IMG/VR virus record: IMGVR_UViG_3300024301_001491
Reading direction: 5' to 3' (one strand)
Length of the DNA: 64,000 bases
Source: an uncultured virus (IMG/VR IMGVR_UViG_3300024301_001491)
Taxonomy: Duplodnaviria > Heunggongvirae > Uroviricota > Caudoviricetes
Part shown: positions 16,358 to 26,520 of the stretch, in pieces
Layout: the number at the start of each line of letters is the position of its first letter
Numbering within the stretch: the stretch's first letter is position 1
Position numbers and translations under genes: made by a program
The notes under the pieces: generated by a model
Databases searched by the model: none
Seen by the model: only the letters and a program-made list of their open reading frames with translations
What the model was told of the DNA's origin: nothing

Positions 16358-18147
16358 ACATCACCATCACCGGTTAATGCAGACAAGTCAAGTTCATTAA
16401 TGACTTCTCGCTCAATACGTTTCGAAACTCTATCAGCTTTTGCAATTTTATCAGAACGACAATAGTACATAGTCTTCAAACCTTGCTTCCAAGCTTGGAA
16501 GTGGACTGCATGGATATACTTAATATGTGAGTCAGGTCTAAAGAACACATTCAAAGATTGTGCTTGATCGATATATTCTTGGCGATCTGCTGCATGTTGA
16601 ATAACCCACTGCTGATTGATTTCCATACCAGTCTTATATACATCTTTATCCCAATCGTTCATCCATGCTAAATGCTGAACTGAACCATCATGAGCAATGA
16701 TAGAAGACCACTGTTCTTGAGCCCAAGCATCTGGATGATTTTCTGCTTCCTTTTGAATGATCTTATCTAGATGGCGATTCTTATTTAGCGAAGAACCCGA
16801 TAGAGTGTCTTGGCGATAAGCATTGGCGCGATAAGGTTCAATAGAAGGGCTAGTATTGCCCATGATAATGGAAGAAGAAGCATTGGGAGCAATAGCCATG
16901 AGATGACTAAAACGATTACCAGTACCCTCTGCATCTGGAGCTTCACCTCTCTCCATCCCCAATAATTTATTAGCCTCATCTAAGTGCTTCCTCACATGTG
17001 AAAATATTTTCTTGTTCAATCCAACCGCCATTGGGTTTTCCCATGGTAGATTCTGTTTTTGCAATAGTGCATGCCAACCTAATGCACCGATACCAATAGA
17101 ACGCTCACGCATAGCAGAGTACTTTGCACGTTTAATTTGCTTAGGGGCATTATCAATGAAGTACTGCAATACGTTATCGAGCATTTCTGCCACGTCTTTT
17201 AGGAACATCTTGTTCTTTTTCCAATCATCATAGTGTTCCAAGTTCAATGAAGATAGGCAACATACAGCTGTACGTTTCTCATTGGTTGGTAGGATAATTT
17301 CAGAACACAAGTTTGATTGATTAATGCGTAGGCCTCGATCCTTTAACCATTGCGGCATTGCACGGTTACTTGCATCGATGAAGTGGATATACGGTTCACC
17401 TGTCTGCATACGCATTTCCAGGATACGCTGCCATAGTTCTTTTGCCGATACTGTTTCACGAACTTCATTGGAAGCTGGATCTACTAAGTCCCATGAGTCA
17501 TCCACATTATCATCCAACATGGCTCGTTCAATAATTTCCATGAATCGATCTGGAATATTAATACCATGGTGCATATTCAAACAACGCATGTTCTGATCAC
17601 CTGTTGGCTTACGCATTTCCAAGAAGTTGATAATGTCTGGATGATCGATATCTAGATATGCAGCGTAAGATCCACGACGAGTGCGGCCTTGACGATATGC
17701 CAAAGATGATGCATCATACATCTTAAGGTGTGGCATGACTCCAGTGGATTTATCATCAGCAGAACGAATGCCAAATCCTACACCAACACCGCCTCCTAGC
17801 ATACTAAGCCAGTTCGTTTCCGACAAGTTTTCTACTAAGCCCTCGGCGGTATCTTCGATGTAATTGAGAAAACATGAGATAGGTAAGCCACGCTTACTAC
17901 GGCCGAAAGATAGAATAGGAGTAGAATAGCTAAGCCAATGCTTGCTAGCATAATCATACAACCGCTGAGCATGCTCAGGATTGCTACCAAACTTCGAACT
18001 AACATAGGCAAACCTTTCCTGAGGAGAAGTTTCGTCCTCTTTCATATATGACTCTTTAAGGCGAGTAATACCCAAACTATCGAACAGACTATCTCTACTG
18101 TAATCTACTTTAATTCCATGAACAATATTCGTCATGCTTTTCTCCAT
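16336..18147 (-). CDS. nrdA: Ribonucleotide reductase class I alpha subunit, no ATP cone
   Basis: ISCF, SNLCSEI, APNASSS, KTMYY and C-terminal CIACEG. Confidence 0.97.
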   Translation of the reverse strand: MEKSMTNIVHGIKVDYSRDSLFDSLGITRLKESYMKEDETSPQERFAYVSSKFGSNPEHAQRLYDYASKHWLSYSTPILSFGRSKRGLPISCFLNYIEDTAEGLVENLSETNWLSMLGGGVGVGFGIRSADDKSTGVMPHLKMYDASSLAYRQGRTRRGSYAAYLDIDHPDIINFLEMRKPTGDQNMRCLNMHHGINIPDRFMEIIERAMLDDNVDDSWDLVDPASNEVRETVSAKELWQRILEMRMQTGEPYIHFIDASNRAMPQWLKDRGLRINQSNLCSEIILPTNEKRTAVCCLSSLNLEHYDDWKKNKMFLKDVAEMLDNVLQYFIDNAPKQIKRAKYSAMRERSIGIGALGWHALLQKQNLPWENPMAVGLNKKIFSHVRKHLDEANKLLGMERGEAPDAEGTGNRFSHLMAIAPNASSSIIMGNTSPSIEPYRANAYRQDTLSGSSLNKNRHLDKIIQKEAENHPDAWAQEQWSSIIAHDGSVQHLAWMNDWDKDVYKTGMEINQQWVIQHAADRQEYIDQAQSLNVFFRPDSHIKYIHAVHFQAWKQGLKTMYYCRSDKIAKADRVSKRIEREVINELDLSALTGDGDVCIACEG

Positions 18148-18149
18148 TA

Positions 18150-18710
18150 TTATCTTGAAAATTCAACCCAACCGGTGATTATATACTTATCATTGCTAAG
18201 TGGTGGATTGCCCCTATGCGTGTGCGTATAACCCGCCGGCCAAATAACCAATCTATTGCGAATAGCATGAATTCTCTTTTTTAAGTATAAGAATTCAGTC
18301 TCTCCGCCCTGTTCAACATCATTCATATACCAAAGAAAGACTCCGAATCTATTACCAGAGTCGATAGAACCTTGCTCAGTATGCCAAATATGATACCCTT
18401 CTCCCGGTCTAGTGCGCTGAATTTTAACTCCATGTACAATAGGCGGACCAAAATCTTTTAATGTAGAATACTGGTTTGCATAATCATCCCACTTAGGCCA
18501 AAAATTATTTAAGAATACTTCAGCTTGACTTCGATCTAGGCTGATAGACAAATCATCTTTAATATGTCTATCTTCTGGTCTATACCAACCTTGACTATTT
18601 TCATATTCAGCAAACATCTTTTCATAATGCTCTATAACCGCTTCGTCTAGTGCATTATCATATATGCCAACGAAGTCGTCTGCAGTATTATTATACTTAG
18701 GTTGTGCCAT
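18150..18710 (-). CDS. 2OG-Fe(II) oxygenase
   Basis: WHTE, YMNDVEQGGETEF, HRG, KYIITGW. Confidence 0.88.
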   Translation of the reverse strand: MAQPKYNNTADDFVGIYDNALDEAVIEHYEKMFAEYENSQGWYRPEDRHIKDDLSISLDRSQAEVFLNNFWPKWDDYANQYSTLKDFGPPIVHGVKIQRTRPGEGYHIWHTEQGSIDSGNRFGVFLWYMNDVEQGGETEFLYLKKRIHAIRNRLVIWPAGYTHTHRGNPPLSNDKYIITGWVEFSR

Positions 18711-18711
18711 A

Positions 18712-19383
18712 TTATTCTTCTAGAAGAGTATTGGTTAACGGGAAAATATCGGCAATTACCTTAGCACAGGCCTTAGCAATTTCCATATGTTCTTTTTGTG
18801 TACCATTTGCTGCACGTAACTGAATATAGTGAATCCAGCTGCGAATAGTACCATTCATATATACTCGTGTTTTCGTTAGACCTTCTGGTAGAACTGCACG
18901 AGCCTGTTCTTTTGCAACACCGTTATCGATTGCCCATTTATAAGCACTCTCTGCGGCTTCAATAACTTTTCTCTGCTGAATCATCCATTCACGCTTCAAT
19001 TCTGAGTCTTCGGTCTCTACGGAATTTTGGCGATTCTTAGCATCTTGTAAACGAGCTTCACGAAATGTAAACATATCACCAAGTTCTCCCACATTAGCAT
19101 AACGCTGTGAGAATTCTTGAAACGAGAAAGAGCGATGTCTTACGATCTGGTGAGCAATGTCACGTGTCGTATCAATTTCAATACATGCATTTGCCATCTC
19201 AAGAGGTGACCAATGAGCATGTTTGATTAGATATCCGATTAATTTTTCTGAGGTTTCAGTGTTAAACTGATTTGCTGGGTTAGAAACACGGGCACAATAT
19301 GCCACTAGTTCCTGAACATCGTATAATCCCTCTTCAATAAGTTCACGTGAGGGTTTTGTATAAGAAATAAGACGTACTTGCAC
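18712..19383 (-). CDS. thyX: Flavin-dependent thymidylate synthase
   Basis: H.SPLE, RHRSFSFQEFSQRY, EQAR.VLP; GTG start. Confidence 0.96.
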   Translation of the reverse strand: MQVRLISYTKPSRELIEEGLYDVQELVAYCARVSNPANQFNTETSEKLIGYLIKHAHWSPLEMANACIEIDTTRDIAHQIVRHRSFSFQEFSQRYANVGELGDMFTFREARLQDAKNRQNSVETEDSELKREWMIQQRKVIEAAESAYKWAIDNGVAKEQARAVLPEGLTKTRVYMNGTIRSWIHYIQLRAANGTQKEHMEIAKACAKVIADIFPLTNTLLEE

Positions 19384-19489
19384 TGCGCTTCTCCATAAAT
19401 GTATTCAAGTGGTCTACTATATATAGACAACTGGTGACGAAAATGGGCTTTTTCAAGCCCATTCAAAAATATATTTCTTTAATAAACTT

Positions 19490-19924
19490 TTAAGGTTTTA
19501 TTAAGGGTATCAGATTGGATAGGGCATAACCAATGGCTGCTCCAGCACCCATTATATACCATTTCCATTTTTCTAGTGTACGAATTCGATCTTCCATTTC
19601 TTTCATATCACCTTGGATTTCATTTTTGATATCATTATGTTGTTGTGTTGATACCACTGCAGCGTGCTTCATACGTTCTTCGATACGCTTTTCCATGGAT
19701 TCCAATTTTTCCAGGATTTCTCGTGTTTGCGTGGTGATACGTGAGTGTAATTCATCGATTTCACGATCGCGTTTGTCACTGACCTTTTCTAAAGAATTTA
19801 GGCGTTCGTCATGGACTGCTAGGAGTTTCCCAATACTATTGGATACTTCAGATATCTTTTCTAAAGAGGAGTCTAGTTTTCCAACCACACTCTTAAGTAC
19901 TTCTAGTTCAGTTTCCAACGCCAT
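19490..19924 (-). CDS. Coiled-coil protein with C-terminal TM segment; possible holin or lysis accessory
   Basis: LAVHDERL, LEKWKW plus hydrophobic tail; follows the spanin-like pair. Confidence 0.6.
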   Translation of the reverse strand: MALETELEVLKSVVGKLDSSLEKISEVSNSIGKLLAVHDERLNSLEKVSDKRDREIDELHSRITTQTREILEKLESMEKRIEERMKHAAVVSTQQHNDIKNEIQGDMKEMEDRIRTLEKWKWYIMGAGAAIGYALSNLIPLIKP

Positions 19925-20303
19925 CTTGAATCCCCGCTTTAGGCTCGTAGTATTCTTTATACTTGATTATTATAACGCGTTGAGCGTTAATGAAATTTCT
20001 AATTTCTGCCATCAACATCGATAGATCCTGATAACCGTCATCCGTTATAGCGAATAATACTTTATTGCCTTCTAAATTAGCAAAAGCTTCATTTACATTG
20101 TCAGGTGTTACAATCAACCACTTGATTGTATTAGTATTTATAGGTAAAGGATTATCAATGTTGAGAGGAGTCTTATCGACTGCCTTAGTTTGTATCTCTA
20201 CCGGTTTAATATTTTCTTTACCAAAAGATGGCAAGAATGCACAACCGCTGCTAGTTACTACTAGTGAGTAAAGAAGGACATTCCTTATTAGTCTCAGTGC
20301 CAT
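19908..20303 (-). CDS. Putative outer-membrane spanin (lipoprotein)
   Basis: Lipobox-like SSGC; overlaps the end of the i-spanin-like gene. Confidence 0.6.
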   Translation of the reverse strand: MALRLIRNVLLYSLVVTSSGCAFLPSFGKENIKPVEIQTKAVDKTPLNIDNPLPINTNTIKWLIVTPDNVNEAFANLEGNKVLFAITDDGYQDLSMLMAEIRNFINAQRVIIIKYKEYYEPKAGIQDGVGN

Positions 20304-20721
20304 TTTTCTCGCCTTCAGTCAAAGGTGAACCAGATGCTAACTCTATACATCGTAAAGCATTCTTGGTTCCAGTATTAATAGATTTTTCTACCAGTGCAGG
20401 TTTTTCTGCAGCTAGTTTTCCAAAATCACGCTTGCTTCCATCCGCAGAGGTGTTGAACCTATCACGTAAGGAATTCATATCTTCTTGTTGTGCTTTAATC
20501 ACGCCGGTTAGTTCACTATTAATCTTACTAATAGCTTCTTGCTCTATACGTATTTGCGTGATTAACTCTTGTTGTGCCTGAACGGCATCGGTCATTTTCT
20601 TGGTATTCTCAAGGCTAACCGCAAGATCGGCCTTGAGAGATGTTACATACCAACCTGCCGCCGCTATGATAACGACTATTACAAGAATAGCGATAGCACG
20701 GATAGCTGCAGTGATTCCCAT
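20251..20721 (-). CDS. Putative inner-membrane spanin
   Basis: N-terminal TM anchor, long coiled coil, C-terminal cysteines. Confidence 0.6.
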   Translation of the reverse strand: MGITAAIRAIAILVIVVIIAAAGWYVTSLKADLAVSLENTKKMTDAVQAQQELITQIRIEQEAISKINSELTGVIKAQQEDMNSLRDRFNTSADGSKRDFGKLAAEKPALVEKSINTGTKNALRCIELASGSPLTEGEKNGTETNKECPSLLTSSN

Positions 20722-21932
20722 TACTTATTCTTTTGTTTGTCTGCAACTTTTTGTAAAGCTTGACGTGCTAGATGACGAGCTGCTGACATGCCATAACCCT
20801 GTTTACCTGGAGTAGCAACTTTCTTTTTAGAATATGGACCATCAAAAGGAGGATCTTCCTTCTTATCAGTATGCATATCTTCTTTAGCCAAACGATCAAC
20901 TGCTTTAGATACACCACTTAGTCTCTTTTCAGCACGTTTTTCTTTAGAGTCCATATTAGCAAACCGGTTTGGTCCTCGTGCACCAGCTTCTACGCCAGCA
21001 GCACGAGTAGCAGATGCCGCATTGCCGGATGCTTTTCTAACGTATGAACCTAATGTAGACTTGCTCAATTCATCAATTTGTTCTGCTGATTTTGACAGCT
21101 CTTCATTCATTTCGCTCATTAAATAATCATGAGCGGTTTGAACATAGTCAGTTGCTAGAGTAATCTTTGACTGAACCCATTCCGGAAGATCTGTATCTTC
21201 TTTCATCATACCCATCATATGTTCACCATGACGGGTTAATGTCTTTAATTGAGTCATAGCCATGGCACCTTCGTAGCCATACTCTTGTTTGTCTTTTGCT
21301 TCATTCATTGTAACTTCTTCTTTATTCAAACGTTTCTTTGCTTTAAGAATGTTTACATTTGAACGTGTAGCAGTTCTTGATGCAGCATTGACATCTTTCT
21401 CTAGTTCACGTTTCTTAGCGTCATGGTCAAATTGATGTTTAAGAGGTGCATCAAGGGAAGGTCTGTTCCTGTTGTGCTGGCGTAGAGCATCACGTGCATC
21501 AATCACACCCTGTCTATTGGACTCATGATCATCCGACTTCTTATCTATGTAAGAACGCAATGTACCTTTGCTTAACTCGTCAATCTGATCAGCTTCTTCT
21601 TTCATACCCATCAATCTACGAACATGTTTTTTAGCCTCATCATCAGACATTCCATGCTTTTTCTTTAAAGCATCAACTCCTTGCTGCATATTCTTGGTAG
21701 GGCCAAGCGTCTTATGTAAATCAGCATCAGAAGGAGTATTTGCTTCTTCAATCTCGACTTCTTCCTTCATTTTCTCTTTAGCCATCATAGCACGAATCTT
21801 GTCGACAGTGCTAGCATCCTTTTTAGTTAAAGCTTTTTTGGCTTCTTGCTCCTTGCGCTTTGCTTCAGCGGCAGCCCACGCAGCATCCGATTCGGCAATA
21901 GCTTCTGTCATAAATTGATTAAACTTTTTCAT
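20721..21932 (-). CDS. Probable capsid-packaged polyprotein with repeated IDELSK modules
   Basis: Starts MKKFNQFMTE (capsid-targeting-like); two QIDELSK.TL.SY..K repeats. Confidence 0.65.
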   Translation of the reverse strand: MKKFNQFMTEAIAESDAAWAAAEAKRKEQEAKKALTKKDASTVDKIRAMMAKEKMKEEVEIEEANTPSDADLHKTLGPTKNMQQGVDALKKKHGMSDDEAKKHVRRLMGMKEEADQIDELSKGTLRSYIDKKSDDHESNRQGVIDARDALRQHNRNRPSLDAPLKHQFDHDAKKRELEKDVNAASRTATRSNVNILKAKKRLNKEEVTMNEAKDKQEYGYEGAMAMTQLKTLTRHGEHMMGMMKEDTDLPEWVQSKITLATDYVQTAHDYLMSEMNEELSKSAEQIDELSKSTLGSYVRKASGNAASATRAAGVEAGARGPNRFANMDSKEKRAEKRLSGVSKAVDRLAKEDMHTDKKEDPPFDGPYSKKKVATPGKQGYGMSAARHLARQALQKVADKQKNK

Positions 21933-22464
21933 ATTCTCCATCCTTCTGTCTGCGGAATAATTTTAGGGTTTTCTTTTTCTTAGGTTTTATTGCTGGATAA
22001 TCAACAGATGTAGCAGTGCCATCACCAACCACATTAGCGATAGCTGCTACAGCATCTTCTTCAAGTGGGTCAATATTTTTTATTAAATCAGCAAAATCCA
22101 ATTCTTCTTCAACCATGCATAAGTTTTTAGATTCTATTGCATGAATAGTTTCAATCAACTCATGTTCTTTAATTGATGTACGTACATTTAGATTTTCTTT
22201 AATCAACCAATATGCTGCCATTACAGAAGCAAACTTAGTTTTTCCACCTGGAACTTTACCTAATAATTTTTTAAGATTAAAAACTAATCTATGTAACGCA
22301 GTATACGAATCTCTTTCTTCAGAGTCATCTAAATCTTTAACCTTCTTTAACGCATTACCATCTTTGTCGATGATTCCGAACTTATACGCATCAGTCTTCT
22401 CAAATGGAGTGACCAACATATATAAGACCCTGAATGCAATTAAATTGTCAGTTGTGGAATTCAT
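21919..22464 (-). CDS. T4-like hypothetical protein
   Basis: TPFEKTDAYKFGIIDKDG...YT.LHRLVFNLK. Confidence 0.75.
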   Translation of the reverse strand: MNSTTDNLIAFRVLYMLVTPFEKTDAYKFGIIDKDGNALKKVKDLDDSEERDSYTALHRLVFNLKKLLGKVPGGKTKFASVMAAYWLIKENLNVRTSIKEHELIETIHAIESKNLCMVEEELDFADLIKNIDPLEEDAVAAIANVVGDGTATSVDYPAIKPKKKKTLKLFRRQKDGEYEKV

Positions 22465-22820
22465 TAAATTTTCCTTAATATACTTACTATGTTCTGATCT
22501 AAAGTGACGTCTGTTAGTTCCGACTCTTCTAGTCTACCTAAGTATACCATGAAAGTCTTTAATGCCGGCCAGTGTTCTTTGTCGACTTTGAATAGCAGCA
22601 TTTCATTTAAACACTCTCCAAAAATATTATACAATACTATTAGATGGTTTAGAATCAATCGCTCTCTAAGTTCGCCCTCCGAATACCGCCTGAAAAGTTT
22701 CTTCAAATAGAGAAACCTTCGTAAATCTTCTTCAAATTCCTGTACACTATGGCACTGTGTATTATCATAGTGCTTCATAGCATACAGGATGAAGTTGTCA
22801 TCAGTCAATTTAAAATTCAT
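22464..22820 (-). CDS. T4-like hypothetical protein
   Basis: NF.LYAMKHYDN.QC...EF.EDL.RF.YLK, RLILNH. Confidence 0.8.
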   Translation of the reverse strand: MNFKLTDDNFILYAMKHYDNTQCHSVQEFEEDLRRFLYLKKLFRRYSEGELRERLILNHLIVLYNIFGECLNEMLLFKVDKEHWPALKTFMVYLGRLEESELTDVTLDQNIVSILRKI

Positions 22821-22850
22821 AATATACGCGGGTAGTTAACCCGCATTTAA

Positions 22851-23432
22851 TTAAGGTGTAGCTACAGTTAGTGTAGCAGCATCAGAAGTTACATCAGAGG
22901 CGCCGTCAGTAGAAACTACACAACGGAACTGATATCCATTTAGATCGCCAGCGCCGCCGCCTAGATCGACATCAGCATTAGCGATGGTGATTTCAGCAGT
23001 ATTAAATCCTGTTGCCCATTCTGGTTGTGCATCATCCCATGTAGAACCACCGTTTTCAGAGAATTCCCATGCGTATACTAATGTTGAAGAACTTGCAGGT
23101 GAAACTGATGCTGTTACTGAGAATGCAACTGTCTCTTCATCGCCTAGAACGGCAGATACATTAGCCGGTTGACCGCTAATAGTAATAGTGCGTGTCTGTG
23201 TAGTAAGTACTGAATCACCATCAGTACTCATTGAACCCATTGCGACCATTGTTTCATATGTAACACGACCAGCACGACCGCCGGTACCTTCAGTTTTTAG
23301 AACCCAACCTGCAGTCACACCGGGCGTGGCGGCAGTCTCGGCGGCATCAGCGCCGTATGTATTTGCCTTATCGGCGTCTGACAAGTACTTTGGCTTACCA
23401 GCTTCCTCGTCTTTATTTGTCCATAGTGCCAT
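22851..23432 (-). CDS. Virion decoration protein with C-terminal Ig-like domain
   Basis: ITISGQP...FSVTA...Y.WE.S.NGG.TW...GYQFRCVVS...S.AATLTV. Confidence 0.75.
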   Translation of the reverse strand: MALWTNKDEEAGKPKYLSDADKANTYGADAAETAATPGVTAGWVLKTEGTGGRAGRVTYETMVAMGSMSTDGDSVLTTQTRTITISGQPANVSAVLGDEETVAFSVTASVSPASSSTLVYAWEFSENGGSTWDDAQPEWATGFNTAEITIANADVDLGGGAGDLNGYQFRCVVSTDGASDVTSDAATLTVATP

Positions 23433-23460
23433 TTTATTCTCCTTATTTGGAATGTTATAC

Positions 23461-24312
23461 TTATTTATTGCTTGCTGGTTTACCAGCGTTAGGATTACCC
23501 ATAGATGCTTTCATAGCTTTCTGTTTAGCTTTTTTGGCATCTAATTTTTTCTTGAGCTCAGGATCGGCGTTGATCATCCAACCTGGAGCATAACCCTTGC
23601 CTTCGTCGATATATGATTCAACGAAAGAATCGAGTCCTTCTTCAACTACCTGGTCGAATTGCTCTTCTGTAAGGTCCATTAAAAATTCTAGTGCTTCAGC
23701 AAATTGGTTCTTTTTAGGACGGCCACGCCCGCGCTTAACTTCGGAGTTATCTCTCTTGAACTCTTTGCTCATGCCATCTGGATCACGTTGTTTAGTATAA
23801 ACGGTACCAGTGTCTGTTTTCTTAATATCATGCTTAGTCATGGTAGAAGTCTTTTGCTTTTCAGCATTCTTCTTAACCATCTTTTGCATGTCATCCCAGC
23901 CTTCTTCTACCTGATCTTCTTTCATAGCCATCTTGGTAGCAGTAGCATACATGATATTTTTTGCACGATCTTTGCCATATTTGTCAACGAATGATTTATA
24001 ATTCTTTTTCATGCCTTTGACATAGTCTTCACGTTTTTTCATTTCCGCGTCAGACATTTCTTCTGCAGCTTCAGACATATTATTCTTGCCGTCGTCCTCG
24101 CCGTGCTTAAAAACGATCTTGCCGGCTTTATATTTTTTACCGTTTTTATCTAATTTAAAATCTGAAGTATCAACTACATCGTTGGCGTTTTCATCATTTT
24201 CTTCAGCTTGTAATTTTTTAAAATCATCAGCATCTAGTTTACCATTGCCGTTTTTATCAAGCTTATGTTGATTGCCTTTTAACTTCTGTTCTGAAAATTG
24301 TTTAAAATTCAT
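23461..24312 (-). CDS. Probable capsid-packaged modular protein
   Basis: Starts MNFKQFSE; DKNGNGKLDADDF EF-hand-like motif, MYATATK, AT-hook-like KRGRGRPKK. Confidence 0.65.
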   Translation of the reverse strand: MNFKQFSEQKLKGNQHKLDKNGNGKLDADDFKKLQAEENDENANDVVDTSDFKLDKNGKKYKAGKIVFKHGEDDGKNNMSEAAEEMSDAEMKKREDYVKGMKKNYKSFVDKYGKDRAKNIMYATATKMAMKEDQVEEGWDDMQKMVKKNAEKQKTSTMTKHDIKKTDTGTVYTKQRDPDGMSKEFKRDNSEVKRGRGRPKKNQFAEALEFLMDLTEEQFDQVVEEGLDSFVESYIDEGKGYAPGWMINADPELKKKLDAKKAKQKAMKASMGNPNAGKPASNK

Positions 24313-24313
24313 T

Positions 24314-24769
24314 TTACATTTCCCCTTCATTTAACTTCATTGAAACACGAAGCATCCATTCGTGCTTCTTATGGATATCTAAACGACCTGCCAAGAAATC
24401 AGCAAGTCCTTGTTTGTTCATTTGATTAGCCATATCAAACGCTTCTTGTAAACAACCAATAACAGATGCATTTGCAGCATATGTGCTAACAACCATGGCG
24501 TAACACGTCTGTGGCTTTTCTTTGTCTTCTTCTAGTGTAGCATTATTATACAATTCGCTCAGACTAATTGGAGCATATGGACCTTCGATACGAATCTTTT
24601 CTGCAATAGTGTCTACGGCACCATGGACTTCTTCGTATAGATCACCGAAGAATTTATGATACTGACTAAAGTGAATACCTTCCACATTCCAATGGTATGA
24701 ATGTGTTTTGAAATACATTATGAACGTATTTGCCAGACATTTGTTAAGTGATTTTGTTAATTCGTCCAT
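24314..24769 (-). CDS. dps: Dps family mini-ferritin
   Basis: HSYHWNVEG..F..YH.FF..LYEE...D.IAE.IR ferroxidase motif, K..WML. Confidence 0.92.
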   Translation of the reverse strand: MDELTKSLNKCLANTFIMYFKTHSYHWNVEGIHFSQYHKFFGDLYEEVHGAVDTIAEKIRIEGPYAPISLSELYNNATLEEDKEKPQTCYAMVVSTYAANASVIGCLQEAFDMANQMNKQGLADFLAGRLDIHKKHEWMLRVSMKLNEGEM

Positions 24770-24787
24770 ATTTTAATCCGATCGAAG

Positions 24788-24826
24788 TTTAATTCTGTAT
24801 GTTTGGTATAATGTATCTCTGGATAC
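24788..24826 (+). promoter_or_regulatory. Plus-strand (antisense) promoter-like element TTTAAT-13-TATAAT followed by GTATCTCTGGATAC
   Basis: 21-mer GTATAATGTATCTCTGGATAC at 24806-24826 is identical to 58388-58408. Confidence 0.55.
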
Positions 24827-26470
24827 TTATTTAGTATAAGTACTATGAACCAAACGATCGTTTTCATACTTGCGTACTTTAGGTACCATACGCATAGCTA
24901 ATCTATTGATAACAGATTTACGCTTTTGTACTATTTTTTCTAGTCTTTCTTTTTCACCGACAGACAATTTGTTTAAAGGTCTTTTAGCAATTCGCATCTT
25001 TAAAGCTTTAACTGCTAATCGTCTAGCTCTAGTATTTACCTTCTTAACAGACGATCTAGTTTTTAATGCGATTCGCAATCTACGTTCACGCTTACTCTTG
25101 GTACGAGCAAACCTGATCTTAGACTTGATTCTTTCTTGACGGCTTAATACTTCATTCAAAGTTTCTTCTTTGAGTTCGTCGACCTTCTCGCCAGTTTCGT
25201 CATCGATGATATCTAATTCTTCGTCGTCATATCCGTGAAGCATATGATCGTCATTCATTGAATCGGCTACTTTATCCAAATCATCGTCGGACATTTCTTC
25301 CTCTTCTTCATCATCATCTGCTTCTTCTCCAAGATGATGCTTAATTTTCAAGACGCGCACTGAATTATCACCGCAGTGCAATGACTTTCCAACAACTTCT
25401 TCATCTACCTCAGATTGCTTAAATGCCACGGCAAGCTTCTCATCATATTTGATTCCGGCTTCTTTTGCAACATCTAGCATGTTGGCAACGATTTCTTTTC
25501 CGCGGGCAGAAAATGTCTTATTCTTGATTCTACGTAATGCAGTATTGACAAGAAGTTCCGGATTATTACTAGTAGGTTCTTCTAAGCCGAGAGACATTGC
25601 AATTACTCTTGCGACTTTAATTTTGTCAGATGCGGTATATTTCATTTCGTTTATTTCCTCGGTGACTTCTTGTGCCACATCTTCAAATACTTGTACTTGA
25701 TTTAGCCATTTACTTTCCAATGACCCATCCTGCAATTGGATTAAAACATGGTTAGATCCACGTTTCACGATCTCGCATACCTGCTCCTCAAATAGTACCT
25801 TATCTCCTACGTTGAAGATATTGCCAGAATGGTATGATTCTCTAATTGTATCTCTTTCGAACTGGATAGATTCTTTAATAGCATCGATACCCATACCTTC
25901 ACGGATTTCATTCATTAGACGTTTAGCATCTAACTCAGTAATACCATGTGGCAGACCTTTCTTAAACGCGGCAAAGTTACCTTTCTTGGCAGCTTCACGC
26001 ATCTTAGTACCAGACATTCCCGATGCAGTATCCGAGTCTGGATCACGCTCTCCGGCAGAAACAACTTCGATAGTTTCAAAGTTGAATGTGGTTCCGTTAT
26101 ACTTATCTAATAGTTTCTTATATTCAGCAACTCTATCCGAGCCAGCAATCATTACGAGATGCTTATACTTCTTAGATAACTCGGCAGCCACTTCCATGAA
26201 TGTGCGCATGTTATCGGTTGCCGCCATGAATTTGGCATGGGGAAACATCCGCTTAAGATAATATACCTTGCGGTTAGCTGGAAGTGGATTTGATTTTTTG
26301 TCTTGAGTACGGGATGTGTAAATGACATGATCTGCCTTCTGAGCAGATGCCAACTTAGTTACCGCATTGACTAAAAGTGCGTGACCATTCGTCGGAGGCT
26401 GAAACCTGCCGAATGCGAACACAACCTTTTTTGACGGCAATTCTTTTATGAGTTGCTTATATCTTTTCAT
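24827..26470 (-). CDS. HxGH-class nucleotidyltransferase (cytidylyltransferase-like) with C-terminal extension
   Basis: FGRFQPPTNGH, AGSDR, SAGERDPD, SGTKMR; starts MKRYKQLIKE. Confidence 0.8.
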   Translation of the reverse strand: MKRYKQLIKELPSKKVVFAFGRFQPPTNGHALLVNAVTKLASAQKADHVIYTSRTQDKKSNPLPANRKVYYLKRMFPHAKFMAATDNMRTFMEVAAELSKKYKHLVMIAGSDRVAEYKKLLDKYNGTTFNFETIEVVSAGERDPDSDTASGMSGTKMREAAKKGNFAAFKKGLPHGITELDAKRLMNEIREGMGIDAIKESIQFERDTIRESYHSGNIFNVGDKVLFEEQVCEIVKRGSNHVLIQLQDGSLESKWLNQVQVFEDVAQEVTEEINEMKYTASDKIKVARVIAMSLGLEEPTSNNPELLVNTALRRIKNKTFSARGKEIVANMLDVAKEAGIKYDEKLAVAFKQSEVDEEVVGKSLHCGDNSVRVLKIKHHLGEEADDDEEEEEMSDDDLDKVADSMNDDHMLHGYDDEELDIIDDETGEKVDELKEETLNEVLSRQERIKSKIRFARTKSKRERRLRIALKTRSSVKKVNTRARRLAVKALKMRIAKRPLNKLSVGEKERLEKIVQKRKSVINRLAMRMVPKVRKYENDRLVHSTYTK

Positions 26471-26520
26471 TTTTATCCATCTATAATAAGTAATATGTAT
26501 TATTTATATGACTTAAATAT

